The notes under the pieces are model-generated. The model had not been told where the DNA came from and ran no database searches. It was given only the letters and a program-made list of their open reading frames with translations. A stretch of 64,000 nucleotides of DNA, from positions 10,842,454 through 10,906,453 of the forward strand of contig CM082596.2 of NCBI GenBank assembly GCA_040954595.2, read 5' to 3'. Both the position numbers and the translations under genes were made by a program. The stretch is from Balanoglossus misakiensis (lineage: Eukaryota > Animalia > Hemichordata). This document shows positions 50,901 through 64,000 of the stretch, in pieces; positions within the stretch are counted from its first letter, which is position 1; every line of letters begins with the position of its first letter.

Positions 50901-53900
50901 AATTTGGTATTTCAACACAAATTCTTGAACCTATACATAAGTCTTTTTAGTAAAACATATCCAGTTATGTGACCATTCTTTGAATTCCATTTATGATGTA
51001 AGAAATAAAAAAATTATGCAATATTAATCTATCCCTTACAACATTTCAGCATAACTCTTTCCATATTTGTTTTCATTCTGTGACTGTTCCACTTAAATCT
51101 TGTAGAGAATTCGTTACTCCAAAACAAAGGCTTGAAACTATACATATCCTGTTACGTGACCTTTCTTTGAATTCCATTTATGATGTAAGAAATTAAATTA
51201 TTTGCAATATTAATCTATTCCTTACAACATTCCGGCATAACTCTTTCCATATTTGTTTTCATTCTGTGACTGTTCCACTTAAATCTTGTAGAGAATTCGT
51301 TATTCCAAAACAAAGCCTTGAAACTATAACATAAGTCTTTTTAGTAAAATATATCCTGTTATGTGACCATTCTTTGAATTCATTTTATGATGTAAGAAAT
51401 TAAATTATTTGCAATATTAATCTATCCCTTACAACATTCCAGCATAACTCTTTCCATATTTGTTTTCATTCTGTAACTGTTCAACTTAAATCTTGGAGAG
51501 AATTCGTTATTCCAAACAAAGCCTTGAAACTATACACAAGTCTTTTTAGTAAAACATGGCCCGTTATGTGACCATTCTTTGAATTCCATTTATGATGTAA
51601 GAAATTAAATTTTATGCAATATTAATCTATCCCTTACAACATTTCAGCATAACTCTTTCCATATTTGTTTTCATTCTGTGACTGTTCCACTTAAATCTTG
51701 TAGAGAATTTGGTATTTCAACACAAATTCTTGAAACTATACATAAGTCTTTTTAGTAAAACATATCCAGTTATGTGACCATTCTTTGAATTCCATTTATG
51801 ATGTAAGAAATTAAATTTTATGCAATATTAATCTATCCCTTACAACATTTCAGCATAACTCTTTCCATATTTGTTTTCATTCTGTGACTGTTCCACTTAA
51901 ATCTTGTAGAGAATTCGTTACTCCAAAACAAAGGCTTGAAACTATACATATCCTGTTACGTGACCTTTCTTCGAATTCCATTTATGATGTAAGAAATTAA
52001 ATTATTTGCAATATTAATCTATCCCTTACAACATTCAGACATATCTCTTTCCATATTTGTTTTCATTCTGTGACTGTTCCACTTAAATCTTGTAGAGAAT
52101 TTGGTATTTCAACACAAATTCTTGAACCTATACATAAGTCTTTTTAGTAAAACATATCCAGTTATGTGACCATTCTTTGAATTCCATTTATGATGTAAGA
52201 AATAAAAATTTTATGCAATATTAATCTATCCCTTACAACATTTCAGCATAACTCTTTCCATATTTGTTTTCATTCTGTGACTGTTCCACTTAAATCTTGT
52301 AGAGAATTCGTTACTCCAAAACAAAGGCTTGAAACTATACATATCCTGTTACGTGACCTTTCTTTGAATTCCATTTATGATGTAAGAAATTAAATTATTT
52401 GCAATATTAATCTATTCCTTACAACATTCCGGCATAACTCTTTCCATATTTGTTTTCATTCTGTGACTGTTCCACTTAAATCTTGTAGAGAATTCGTTAT
52501 TCCAAAACAAAGCCTTGAAACTATAACATAAGTCTTTTTAGTAAAATATATCCTGTTATGTGACCATTCTTTGAATTCATTTTATGATGTAAGAAATTAA
52601 ATTATTTGCAATATTAATCTATCCCTTACAACATTCCAGCATAACTCTTTCCATATTTGTTTTCATTCTGTAACTGTTCAACTTAAATCTTGGAGAGAAT
52701 TCGTTATTCCAAACAAAGCCTTGAAACTATACACAAGTCTTTTTAGTAAAACATGGCCCGTTATGTGACCATTCTTTGAATTCCATTTATGATGTAAGAA
52801 ATTAAATTTTATGCAATATTAATCTATCCCTTACAACATTTCAGCATAACTCTTTCCATATTTGTTTTCATTCTGTGACTGTTCCACTTAAATCTTGTAG
52901 AGAATTTGGTATTTCAACACAAATTCTTGAAACTATACATAAGTCTTTTTAGTAAAACATATCCAGTTATGTGACCATTCTTTGAATTCCATTTATGATG
53001 TAAGAAATTAAATTTTATGCAATATTAATCTATCCCTTACAACATTTCAGCATAACTCTTTCCATATTTGTTTTCATTCTGTGACTGTTCCACTTAAATC
53101 TTGTAGAGAATTCGTTACTCCAAAACAAAGGCTTGAAACTATACATATCCTGTTACGTGACCTTTCTTCGAATTCCATTTATGATGTAAGAAATTAAATT
53201 ATTTGCAATATTAATCTATCCCTTACAACATTCAGACATATCTCTTTCCATATTTGTTTTCATTCTGTGACTGTTCCACTTAAATCTTGTAGAGAATTTG
53301 GTATTTCAACACAAATTCTTGAACCTATACATAAGTCTTTTTAGTAAAACATATCCAGTTATGTGACCATTCTTTGAATTCCATTTATGATGTAAGAAAT
53401 TAAATTTTATGCAATATTAATCTATCCCTTACAACATTTCAGCATAACTCTTTCCATATTTGTTTTCATTCTGTGACTGTTCCACTTAAATCTTGTAGAG
53501 AATTCGTTACTCCAAAACAAAGGCTTGAAACTATACATATCCTGTTACGTGACCTTTCTTCGAATTCCATTTATGATGTAAGAAATTAAATTATTTGCAA
53601 TATTAATCTATCCCTTACAACATTCAGACATATCTCTTTCCATATTTGTTTTCATTCTGTGACTGTTCCACTTAAATCTTGTAGAGAATTTGGTATTTCA
53701 ACACAAATTCTTGAACCTATACATAAGTCTTTTTAGTAAAACATATCCAGTTATGTGACCATTCTTTGAATTCCATTTATGATGTAAGAAATAAAAATTT
53801 TATGCAATATTAATCTATCCCTTACAACATTTCAGCATAACTCTTTCCATATTTGTTTTCATTCTGTGACTGTTCCACTTAAATCTTGTAGAGAATTCGT

Positions 53901-56900
53901 TACTCCAAAACAAAGGCTTGAAACTATACATATCCTGTTACGTGACCTTTCTTTGAATTCCATTTATGATGTAAGAAATTAAATTATTTGCAATATTAAT
54001 CTATTCCTTACAACATTCCGGCATAACTCTTTCCATATTTGTTTTCATTCTGTGACTGTTCCACTTAAATCTTGTAGAGAATTCGTTATTCCAAAACAAA
54101 GCCTTGAAACTATAACATAAGTCTTTTTAGTAAAATATATCCTGTTATGTGACCATTCTTTGAATTCATTTTATGATGTAAGAAATTAAATTATTTGCAA
54201 TATTAATCTATCCCTTACAACATTCCAGCATAACTCTTTCCATATTTGTTTTCATTCTGTAACTGTTCAACTTAAATCTTGGAGAGAATTCGTTATTCCA
54301 AACAAAGCCTTGAAACTATACACAAGTCTTTTTAGTAAAACATGGCCCGTTATGTGACCATTCTTTGAATTCCATTTATGATGTAAGAAATTAAATTTTA
54401 TGCAATATTAATCTATCCCTTACAACATTTCAGCATAACTCTTTCCATATTTGTTTTCATTCTGTGACTGTTCCACTTAAATCTTGTAGAGAATTTGGTA
54501 TTTCAACACAAATTCTTGAAACTATACATAAGTCTTTTTAGTAAAACATATCCAGTTATGTGACCATTCTTTGAATTCCATTTATGATGTAAGAAATTAA
54601 ATTTTATGCAATATTAATCTATCCCTTACAACATTTCAGCATAACTCTTTCCATATTTGTTTTCATTCTGTGACTGTTCCACTTAAATCTTGTAGAGAAT
54701 TCGTTACTCCAAAACAAAGGCTTGAAACTATACATATCCTGTTACGTGACCTTTCTTCGAATTCCATTTATGATGTAAGAAATTAAATTATTTGCAATAT
54801 TAATCTATCCCTTACAACATTCAGACATATCTCTTTCCATATTTGTTTTCATTCTGTGACTGTTCCACTTAAATCTTGTAGAGAATTTGGTATTTCAACA
54901 CAAATTCTTGAACCTATACATAAGTCTTTTTAGTAAAACATATCCAGTTATGTGACCATTCTTTGAATTCCATTTATGATGTAAGAAATAAAAATTTTAT
55001 GCAATATTAATCTATCCCTTACAACATTTCAGCATAACTCTTTCCATATTTGTTTTCATTCTGTGACTGTTCCACTTAAGTCTTGTAGAGAATTCGTTAC
55101 TCCAAAACAAAGGCTTGAAACTATACATATCCTGTTACGTGACCTTTCTTTGAATTCCATTTATGATGTAAGAAATTAAATTATTTGCAATATTAATCTA
55201 TTCCTTACACCATTCCGGCATAACTCTTTCCATATTTGTTTTCATTCTGTGACTGTTCCACTTAAATCTTGTAGAGAATTCGTTATTCCAAAACAAAGCC
55301 TTGAAACTATAACATAAGTCTTTTTATTAAAATATATCCTGTTATGTGACCATTCTTTGAATTCATTTTATGATGTAAGAAATTAAATTATTTGCAATAT
55401 TAATCAATCCCTTACAACATTCCAGCATAACTCTTTCCATATTTGTTTTCATTCTGTGACTATTCCACTTAAATCTTGTAGAGAATTCGTTATTCCAAAA
55501 CAAAACCTTGAAACTATACATAAGTCTTTTTAGTAAAACATGGCCCGTTATGTGACCATTCTTTGAATTTCATTTATGATGTAAGAAATTAAATTATTTG
55601 CAATATTAAACTATCCCTTAAAACATTCCAGCATAACTATTTGAATATTTGTTTTCATTCCGTAACTGTTCAACTTAAATCTTGGAGAGAATTCGTTATT
55701 CCAAACAAAGCCTTGAAACTGTACATAAGTCTTTTTAGTAAAACATGGCCCGTTATGTGACCATTCTTTGAATTCCATTTATGATGTAAGAAATTAAATT
55801 ATTTGCAATATTAATCTATCCCTTACAACATTTCAGCATAACTCTTTCCATATTTGTTTTCATTCTGTGACTGTTCCACTTAAATCTTGTAGAGAATTCG
55901 TTACTCCAAAACAAAGGCTTGAAACTATACATATCCTGTTACGTGACCTTTCTTCGAATTCCATTTATGATGTAAGAAATTAAATTATTTGCAATTTTAA
56001 TCTATTCCTTACAACATTCCGGCATAACTCTTTCCATATTTGTTTTCATTCTGTGACTGTTCCACTTAAATCTTGTAGAGAATTCGTTATTCCAAAACAA
56101 AGCCTTGAAACTATACATAAGTCTTTTTGTAAAACATGGCCCGTTATGTGACCATTCTTTGAATTCCATTTATGATGTAAGAAATTAAATTATTTGCAAT
56201 AATTATCTATCCCTTACAACATTCCGGCATAACGCTTTCCATATTTGTTTTCATTCTGTGACTGTTCCACTTAAATCTTGTGGAGAATTCGTTATTCCAA
56301 AACAAAGCCTTCAACTATACATATTAAGTCTTTTTAGTAAAACATGGCCCGTTATTTGACCATTCTTTGAATTTCATTTATGATGTAAGAAATTAAATTA
56401 TTTGCAATATTAAACTATCCCTTACAACATTCCAGCATAACTCTTTCCATATTTGTTTTCATTCTGTAACTGTTCAACTTAAATCTTGGAGAGAATTCGT
56501 TATTCCAAACAAAGCCTTGAAACTATACATAAGTCTTTTTAGTAAAACATGGCCCGTTATGTGACCATTCTTTGAATTCCATTTATGATGTAAGAAATTA
56601 AATTATTTGCAATATTAATCTATCCCTTACAACATTCCGACATAACTCTTTCCATAATTGTTTTCATTCTGTGACTGTTCCACTTAAATCTTGTAGAGAA
56701 TTTGGTATTTCAACACAAATTCTTGAACCTATACATAAGTCTTTTTAGTAAAACATATCCAGTTATGTGACCATTCTTTGAATTCCATTTATGATGTAAG
56801 AAATTACATTTTTTGCAATATTAATCTATCCCTTACAACATTCCAGCATAACACTTTCCATATTTGTTTTCATTCTGTGACTGTTCCACTTAAATCTTGT

Positions 56901-59900
56901 AGAGAATTCGTTATTCCAAAACAAAGCCTTGAAACTATACATATCCTGTTACGTGACGTTTCTTTGAATTCCATTTATGATGTAAGAAATTAAATTATTT
57001 GCAATTTTAATCTATTCCTTACAACATTCCATATTTGTTTTCATTCTGTGACTGTTTCACTTAAATCTTGTAGAGAATTCGTTATTCCAAAACAAAGCCT
57101 TGAAACTATAACATAAGTCTTTTTAGTAAAACATATCCTGTTATGTGACCATTCTTTGAATTCATTTTATGATGTAAGAAATTAAATTATTTGCAATATT
57201 AATCTATCCCTTACAACATTCCAGCATAACTCTTTCCATATTTGTTTTCATTCTGTGACTGTTCCACTTAAATCTTGTAGAGAATTCGTTATTCCAAAAC
57301 AAAGCCTTCAAACTATACATATTAAGTCTTTTTAGTAAAACATGGCACGTTATTTGACCATTCTTTGAATTCCATTTATGATGTAAGAAATTAAATTATT
57401 TGCAATATTAAACTATCCCTTACAACATTCCAGCATAACTATTTGAATATTTGTTTTCATTCTGTAACTGTTCAACTTAAATCTTGGAGAGAATTCGTTA
57501 TTCCAAAACAAAGCCTTGAAACTATACATAAGTCTTTTTAGTAAAACATGGCCCGTTATGTGACATTCTTTGAATTCCATTTATGATGTAAGAAATTAAA
57601 TTATTTGCAATATTAATCTATCCCTTACAACATTCCGACATAACTCTTTCCATATTTGTTTTCATTCTGTGACTGTTCCACTTAAATCTTGTAGAGAATT
57701 CGTTATTCCAAAACAAAGCCTTCAAACTATACATATTAAGTCTTTTTAGTAAAACATAGCCCGTTATTTGACCATTCTTTGAATTTCATTTATGATGTAA
57801 GAAATTAAATTATTTGCAATATTAAACTATCCCTTACAACATTCCAGCATAACTATTTGAATATTTGTTTTCATTCTGTAACTGTTCAACTTAAATCTTG
57901 TAGAGAATTTGGTATTTCAACACAAATTCTTGAACCTATACATAAGTCTTTTTAGTAAAACATATCCAGTTATGTGACCATTCTTTGAATTCCATTTATG
58001 ATGTAAGAAATTAAATTTTATGCAATATTAATCTATCCCTTACAACATTTCAGCATAACTCTTTCCATATTTGTTTTCATTCTGTGACTGTTCCACTTAA
58101 ATCTTGTAGAGAATTCGTTACTCCAAAACAAAGGCTTTAAACTATACATATCCTGTTACGTGACCTTTCTTTGAATTCCATTTATGATGTAAGAAATTAA
58201 ATTATTTGCAATGTTAACCTATTCCTTACAACATTCCGGCATAACTCTTTCCATATTTGTTTTCATTCTGTAACTGTTCCACTTAAATCTTGTAGAGAAT
58301 TCGTTATTCCAAAACAAAGCCTTGAAACTATACATAAGTCTTTTTAGTAAAACATGGCCCGTTATGTGACCATTCTTTTAATTCCATTTATGCTGTAAGA
58401 AATTAAATTATTTGCAATATTAATCTATCCCTTACAACATTCCGACATAACTCTTTCCATATTTGTTTTCATTAAGTGACTGTTCCACTTAAATCTTGTA
58501 GAGAATTCGTTATTCCAAAACAAAGGCTTGAAACTATACATATCCTGTTACGTGACCTTTCTTTGAATTCCATTTATGGTGTAAGAAATTAAATTTTTTG
58601 CAAAATTAATCTATCCCTTACAACATTCCAGCATAACTCTTTCCATATTTGTTTTCATTCTGTGACTGTTCTACTTAAATCTTGTAGAGTATTCGTTATT
58701 CCAAAACAAAGCCTTGAAACTATACATATCCTATTACGTGACGTTTGTTTGTATTCATTTTATGATGTAAGAAATTAAATTATTTGCAATATTAATCTAT
58801 TCCTTACAACATTCCGGCATTACTCTTTCCATATTTGTTTTCATTCTGTGACTGTTCCACTTAAATCTTGTAGAGAATTCGTTATTCCAAAACAAAGCCT
58901 TGAAACTATAACATAAGTCTTTTTAGTAAAACATATCCTGTTATGTGACCATTCTTTGAATTCATTTTATGATGTAAGAAATTAAATTATTTGCAATATT
59001 AATCTATCCCTTACAACATTCCAGCATAACTCTTTCCATATTTGTTTTCATTCTGTAACTGTTCAACTTAAATCTTGTAGAGAATTTGGTATTTCAACAC
59101 AAATTCTTGAACCTATACATAATTCTTTTTAGTAAAACATATCCAGTTATGTGACCATTCTTTGAATTCCATTTATGATGTAAGTAATTAAATTTTATGC
59201 AATATTAATCTATCCCTTACAACATTTCAGCATAACTCTTTCCATATTTGTTTTCATTCTGTGACTGTTCCACTTAAATCTTGTAGAGAATTCGTTACTC
59301 CAAAACAAAGGCTTGAAAATATACATATCCTGTTACGTGACCTTTCTTTGAATTCCATTTATGATGTAAGAAATTAAATTATTTGCAATATTAATCTATT
59401 CCTTACAACATTCCGGCATAACTCTTTCCATATTTGTTTTCATTCTGTGACTGTTCCACTTAAATCTTGTAGAGAATTCGTTATTCCAAAACAAAGCCTT
59501 GAAAGTATAACATAAGTCTTTTAGTAAAACATATCCTGTTATGTGACCATTCTTTGAATTCATTTTATGATGTAAGAAATTAAATTATTTGCAATATTAA
59601 TCTATCCCTTACAACATTCCAGCATAACTCTTTCCATATTTGTTTTCATTCTGTGACTATTCCACTTAAATCTTGTAGAGAATTCGTTATTCCAAAACAA
59701 AGCCTTCAAACTATACATATTAACTCTTTTTAGTAAAACATGGCCCGTTATTTTACCATTCTTTGAATTTCATTTATGATGTGAGAAATTAAATTATTTG
59801 CAATATTAAACTATCCCTTACAACAATCCAGCATAACTATTTGAATATTTGTGTTCATTCTGTAACTGTTCAACTTAAATCTTGGAGAGAATTCGTTATT

Positions 59901-62900
59901 CCAAAACAAAGCCTTGAAACTATACATAAGTCTTTTTAGTAAAACATGGCCCGTTATATGACCATTCTTTGAATTCCATTTATGATGTAAGAAATTAAAT
60001 TATTTGCAATATTAATCTATCCCTTACAACATTCCGACATAACTCTTTCCATATTTGTTTTCATTCTGTGACTGTTCCACTTAAATCTTGTAGAGAATTT
60101 GGTATTTCAACACAAATTCTTGAACCTATACATAAGTCTTTTTAGTAAAACATATCCAGTTATGTGAGCATTCTTTGAATTAATTCCATTTATGATGTAA
60201 GAAATTAAATTGTATGCAATATTATTCTATCCCTTACAACATTTCAGCATAACTCTTTCCATATTTGTTTTCATTCTGTGACTGTTCCACTTAAATCTTG
60301 TAGAGAATTCGTTACTCCAAAACAAAGGCTTGAAACTATACATATCCTGTTACGTGACCTTTCTTTGAATTCCATTTATGATGTAAGAAATTAAATTATT
60401 TGCAATATTAATCTATTCCTTACAACATTCCGGCATAACTCTTTCCATATTTGTTTTCATTCTGTGACTGTTCCACTTAAATCTTGTAGAGAATTCGTTA
60501 TTCCAAAACAAAGCCTTGAAACTATAACATAAGTCTTATAGTAAAACATATCCGGTTATGTGACCATTCTTTGAATTCATTTTATGATGTAAGAAATTAA
60601 GATATTTGCAATATTAATCTATCCCTTACAACATTCCAGCATAACTCTTTCCATATTTGTTTTCATTCTGTGACTATTCCACTTAAATCTTGTAGAGAAT
60701 TCGTTATTCCAAAACAAAGCCTTCAAACTATACATATTAAGTCTTTTTAGTAAAACATGGCCCGTTATTTTACCATTCTTTGAATTTCATTTATGATGTG
60801 AGAAATTAAATTATTTGCAATATTAAACTATCCCTTACATTAATCCAGCATAACTATTTGAATATTTGTTTTCATTCTGTAACTGTTCAACTTAAATCTT
60901 GGAGAGAATTCGTTATTCCAAAACAAAGCCTTGAAACTATACATAAGTCTTTTTAGTAAAACATGGCCCGTTATGTGACCATTCTTTGAATTCCATTTAT
61001 GATGTAAGAAATTAAATTATTTGCAATATTAATCTATCCTTTACAACATTCCGACATAACTCTTTCCATATTTGTTTTCATTCTGTGACTGTTCCACTTA
61101 AATCTTGTAGAGAATTTGGTATTTCAACACAAATTCTTGAACCTATACATAAGTCTTTTTAGTAAAACATATCCAGTTATGTGACCATTCTTTGAATTCC
61201 ATTTATGATGTAAGAAATTAAATTTTATGCAATATTATTCTATCCCTTACAACATTTCAGCATAACTCTTTCCATATTTGTTTTCATTCTGTGACTGTTC
61301 CACTTAAATCTTGTAGAGAATTCGTTACTCCAAAACAAAGGCTTGAAACTATACATATCCTGTTACGTGACCTTTCTTTGAATTCCATTTATGATGTAAG
61401 AAATTAAATTATTTGCAATATTAATCTATTCCTTACAACATTCCGGCATAACTCTTTCCATATTTGTTTTCATTCTGTGACTGTTCCACTTAAATCTTGT
61501 AGAGAATTCGTTATACCAAAACAAAGCCTTGAAACTATACATATCGTGTTACGTGACGTTTTGTTTGAATTCCATTTATGATGTAAGAAATTAAATTTTT
61601 TGCAATATTAATCTATCCCTCACAACATTCCGGCATAACTCTTTCCATATTTGTTTTCATTCTGTAACTGTTCAACTTAAATCTTGGAGAGAATTCGTTA
61701 TTCCAAAACAAAGCCTTGAAACTATACATAAGTCTTTTTAGTAAAACATGGCCCGTTATGTGACCATTCTTTGAATTCCATTTATGATGTAAGAAATTAA
61801 ATTATTTGCAATATTAATCTATCCCTTACAACATTCCGACATAACTCTTTCCATATTTGTTTTCATTCTGTGACTGTTCCACTTAAATCTTGTAGAGAAT
61901 TTGGTATTTCAACACAAATTCTTGAACCTGTACATAAGTCTTTTTAGTAAAACATATCCAGTTATGTGACCATTCTTTGAATTCCATTTATGATGTAAGA
62001 AATTAAATTTTATGCAATATTATTCTATCCCTTACAACATTTCAGCATAACTCTTTCCATATTTGTTTTCATTCTGTGACTGTTCCACTTATATCTTGTA
62101 GAGAATTCGTTACTCCAAAACAAAGGCTTGAAACTATACATATCCTGTTACGTGACCTTTCTTTGAATTCCATTTATGATGTAAGAAATTAAATTATTTG
62201 CAATATTAATCTATTCCTTACAACATTCCGGCATAACTCTTTCCATATTTGTTTTCATTCTGTGACTGTTCCACTTAAATCTTGTAGAGAATTCGTTATT
62301 CCAAAACAAAGCCTTGAAACTATAACATAAGTCTTTTTAGTAAAACATATCCTGTTATGTGACCATTCTTTGAATTCCATTTATGATGTAAGAAATTAAA
62401 TTATTTGCAATATTAATCTATCCCTTACAACATTCCGACATAACTCTTTCCATATTTGTTTTCATTCTGTGACTGTTCCACTTAAATCTTGTAGAGAATT
62501 CGTTATTCCAAAACAAAGCCTTCAAACTATACATATTAAGTCTTTTTAGTAAAACATGGCCCGTTATGTGACCATTCTTTGAATTCCATTTATGATGTAA
62601 GAAATTAAATTATTTGCAATATTAATCTATCCCTTACAACATTCCGACATAACTCTTTCCATATTTGTTTTCATTCTGTGACTGTTCCACTTAAATCTTG
62701 TAGAGAATTTGGTATTTCAACACAAATTCTTGAACCTATACATAATTCTTTTTAGTAAAACATGGCCCGTTATTTTACCATTCTTTGAATTTCATTTATG
62801 ATGTGAGAAATTAAATTATTTGCAATATTAAACTATCCCTTACATTAATCCAGCATAACTATTTGAATATTTGTTTTCATTCTGTAACTGTTCAACTTAA

Positions 62901-64000
62901 ATCTTGGAGAGAATTCGTTATTCCAAAACAAAGCCTTGAAATTATACATAAGTCTTTTTAGTAAAACATGGCCCGTTATGTGACCATTCTTTGAATTCCA
63001 TTTATGATGTAAGAAATTAAATTATTTGCAATATTAATCTATCCTTTACAACATTCCGACATAACTCTTTCCATATTTGTTTTCATTCTGTAACTGTTCA
63101 ACTTAAATCTTGGAGAGAATTCGTTATTCCAAAACAAAGCCTTGAAACTATACATAAGTCTTTTTAGTAAAACATGGCCCGTTATGTGACCATTCTTTGA
63201 ATTCCATTTATGATGTAAGAAATTAAATTATTTGCAATATTAATCTATCCCTTACAACATTCCGACATAACTCTTTCCATATTTGTTTTCATTCTGTGAC
63301 TGTTCCACTTAAATCTTGTAGAGAATTTGGTATTTCAACACAAATTCTTGAACCTATACATAATTCTTTTTAGTAAAACATATCCAGTTATGTGACCATT
63401 CTTTGAATTCCATTTATGATGTAAGTAATTAAATTTTATGCAATATTAATCTATCCCTTACAACATTTCAGCATAACTCTTTCCATATTTGTTTTCATTC
63501 TGTGACTGTTCCACTTAAATCTTGTAGAGAATTCGTTACTCCAAAACAAAGGCTTGAAACTATACATATCCTGTTACGTTACCTTTCTTTGAATTCCATT
63601 TATGATGTAAGAAATTAAATTATTTGCAATATTAATCTATTCCTTACAACATTCCGGCATAACTCTTTCCATATTTGTTTTCATTCTGTGACTGTTCCAC
63701 TTAAATCTTGTAGAGAATTCGTTATTCCAAAACAAAGCCTTGAAACTATACATATCGTGTTACGTGACGTTTTGTTTGAATACCATTCATGATGTAAGAA
63801 ATTACATTATTTGCAATATTAATCTATTCCTTACAACATTCCGGCATAACTCTTTCCATATTTGTTTTCATTCTGTGACTGTTCCACTTAAATCTTGTAG
63901 AGAATTCGTTATTCCAAAACAAAGCCTTGAAACTATAACATAAGTCTTTTAGTAAAACATATCCTGTTATGTGACCATTCTTTGAATTCCATTTATGATG
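35962..64000. repeat. Same satellite, right block, with higher-order repeats; runs off the window end
   Basis: The monomer resumes in register (taaatta|tttgcaat). Diagnostic variants recur at ~1.2-kb and 2441-bp periods. Confidence 0.98.

Noticed and set aside
12752-64000. CRISPR-like array
   Set aside because: The monomers are contiguous with no unique spacers, there are no cas genes, and the context is eukaryotic.

Overview
Eukaryotic (probably invertebrate animal) repeat-rich DNA with no recognisable host gene. All coordinates were read by eye. (1) 1-~7.8 kb: an intron-containing P-element/THAP9-family transposase gene on the minus strand. It is interrupted by a 743-bp non-coding element (13-bp inverted repeats plus a 120-nt GC-rich hairpin), and a 3730-bp internal segment is tandemly duplicated. 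(2) 8.9-12.76 kb: a decayed Ngaro-type tyrosine-recombinase (YR) retrotransposon cut off at its 5' end by the satellite. (3) 12.75-64 kb: an AT-rich satellite of ~206-bp and ~186-bp monomers arranged in several higher-order repeat domains. It contains a 346-bp foldback MITE (25213-25558) and a young full-length Ngaro element (30644-35961) with split direct repeats, joined to the satellite through a 7-bp TAAATTA core. The main observation is that the two divergent YR elements share an apparent expression design: one fused Gag-RT-RNaseH frame, plus a phase-1 splice donor in gag and a phase-1 acceptor just before the YR frame, predicting a spliced Gag(N-term)-recombinase fusion protein.
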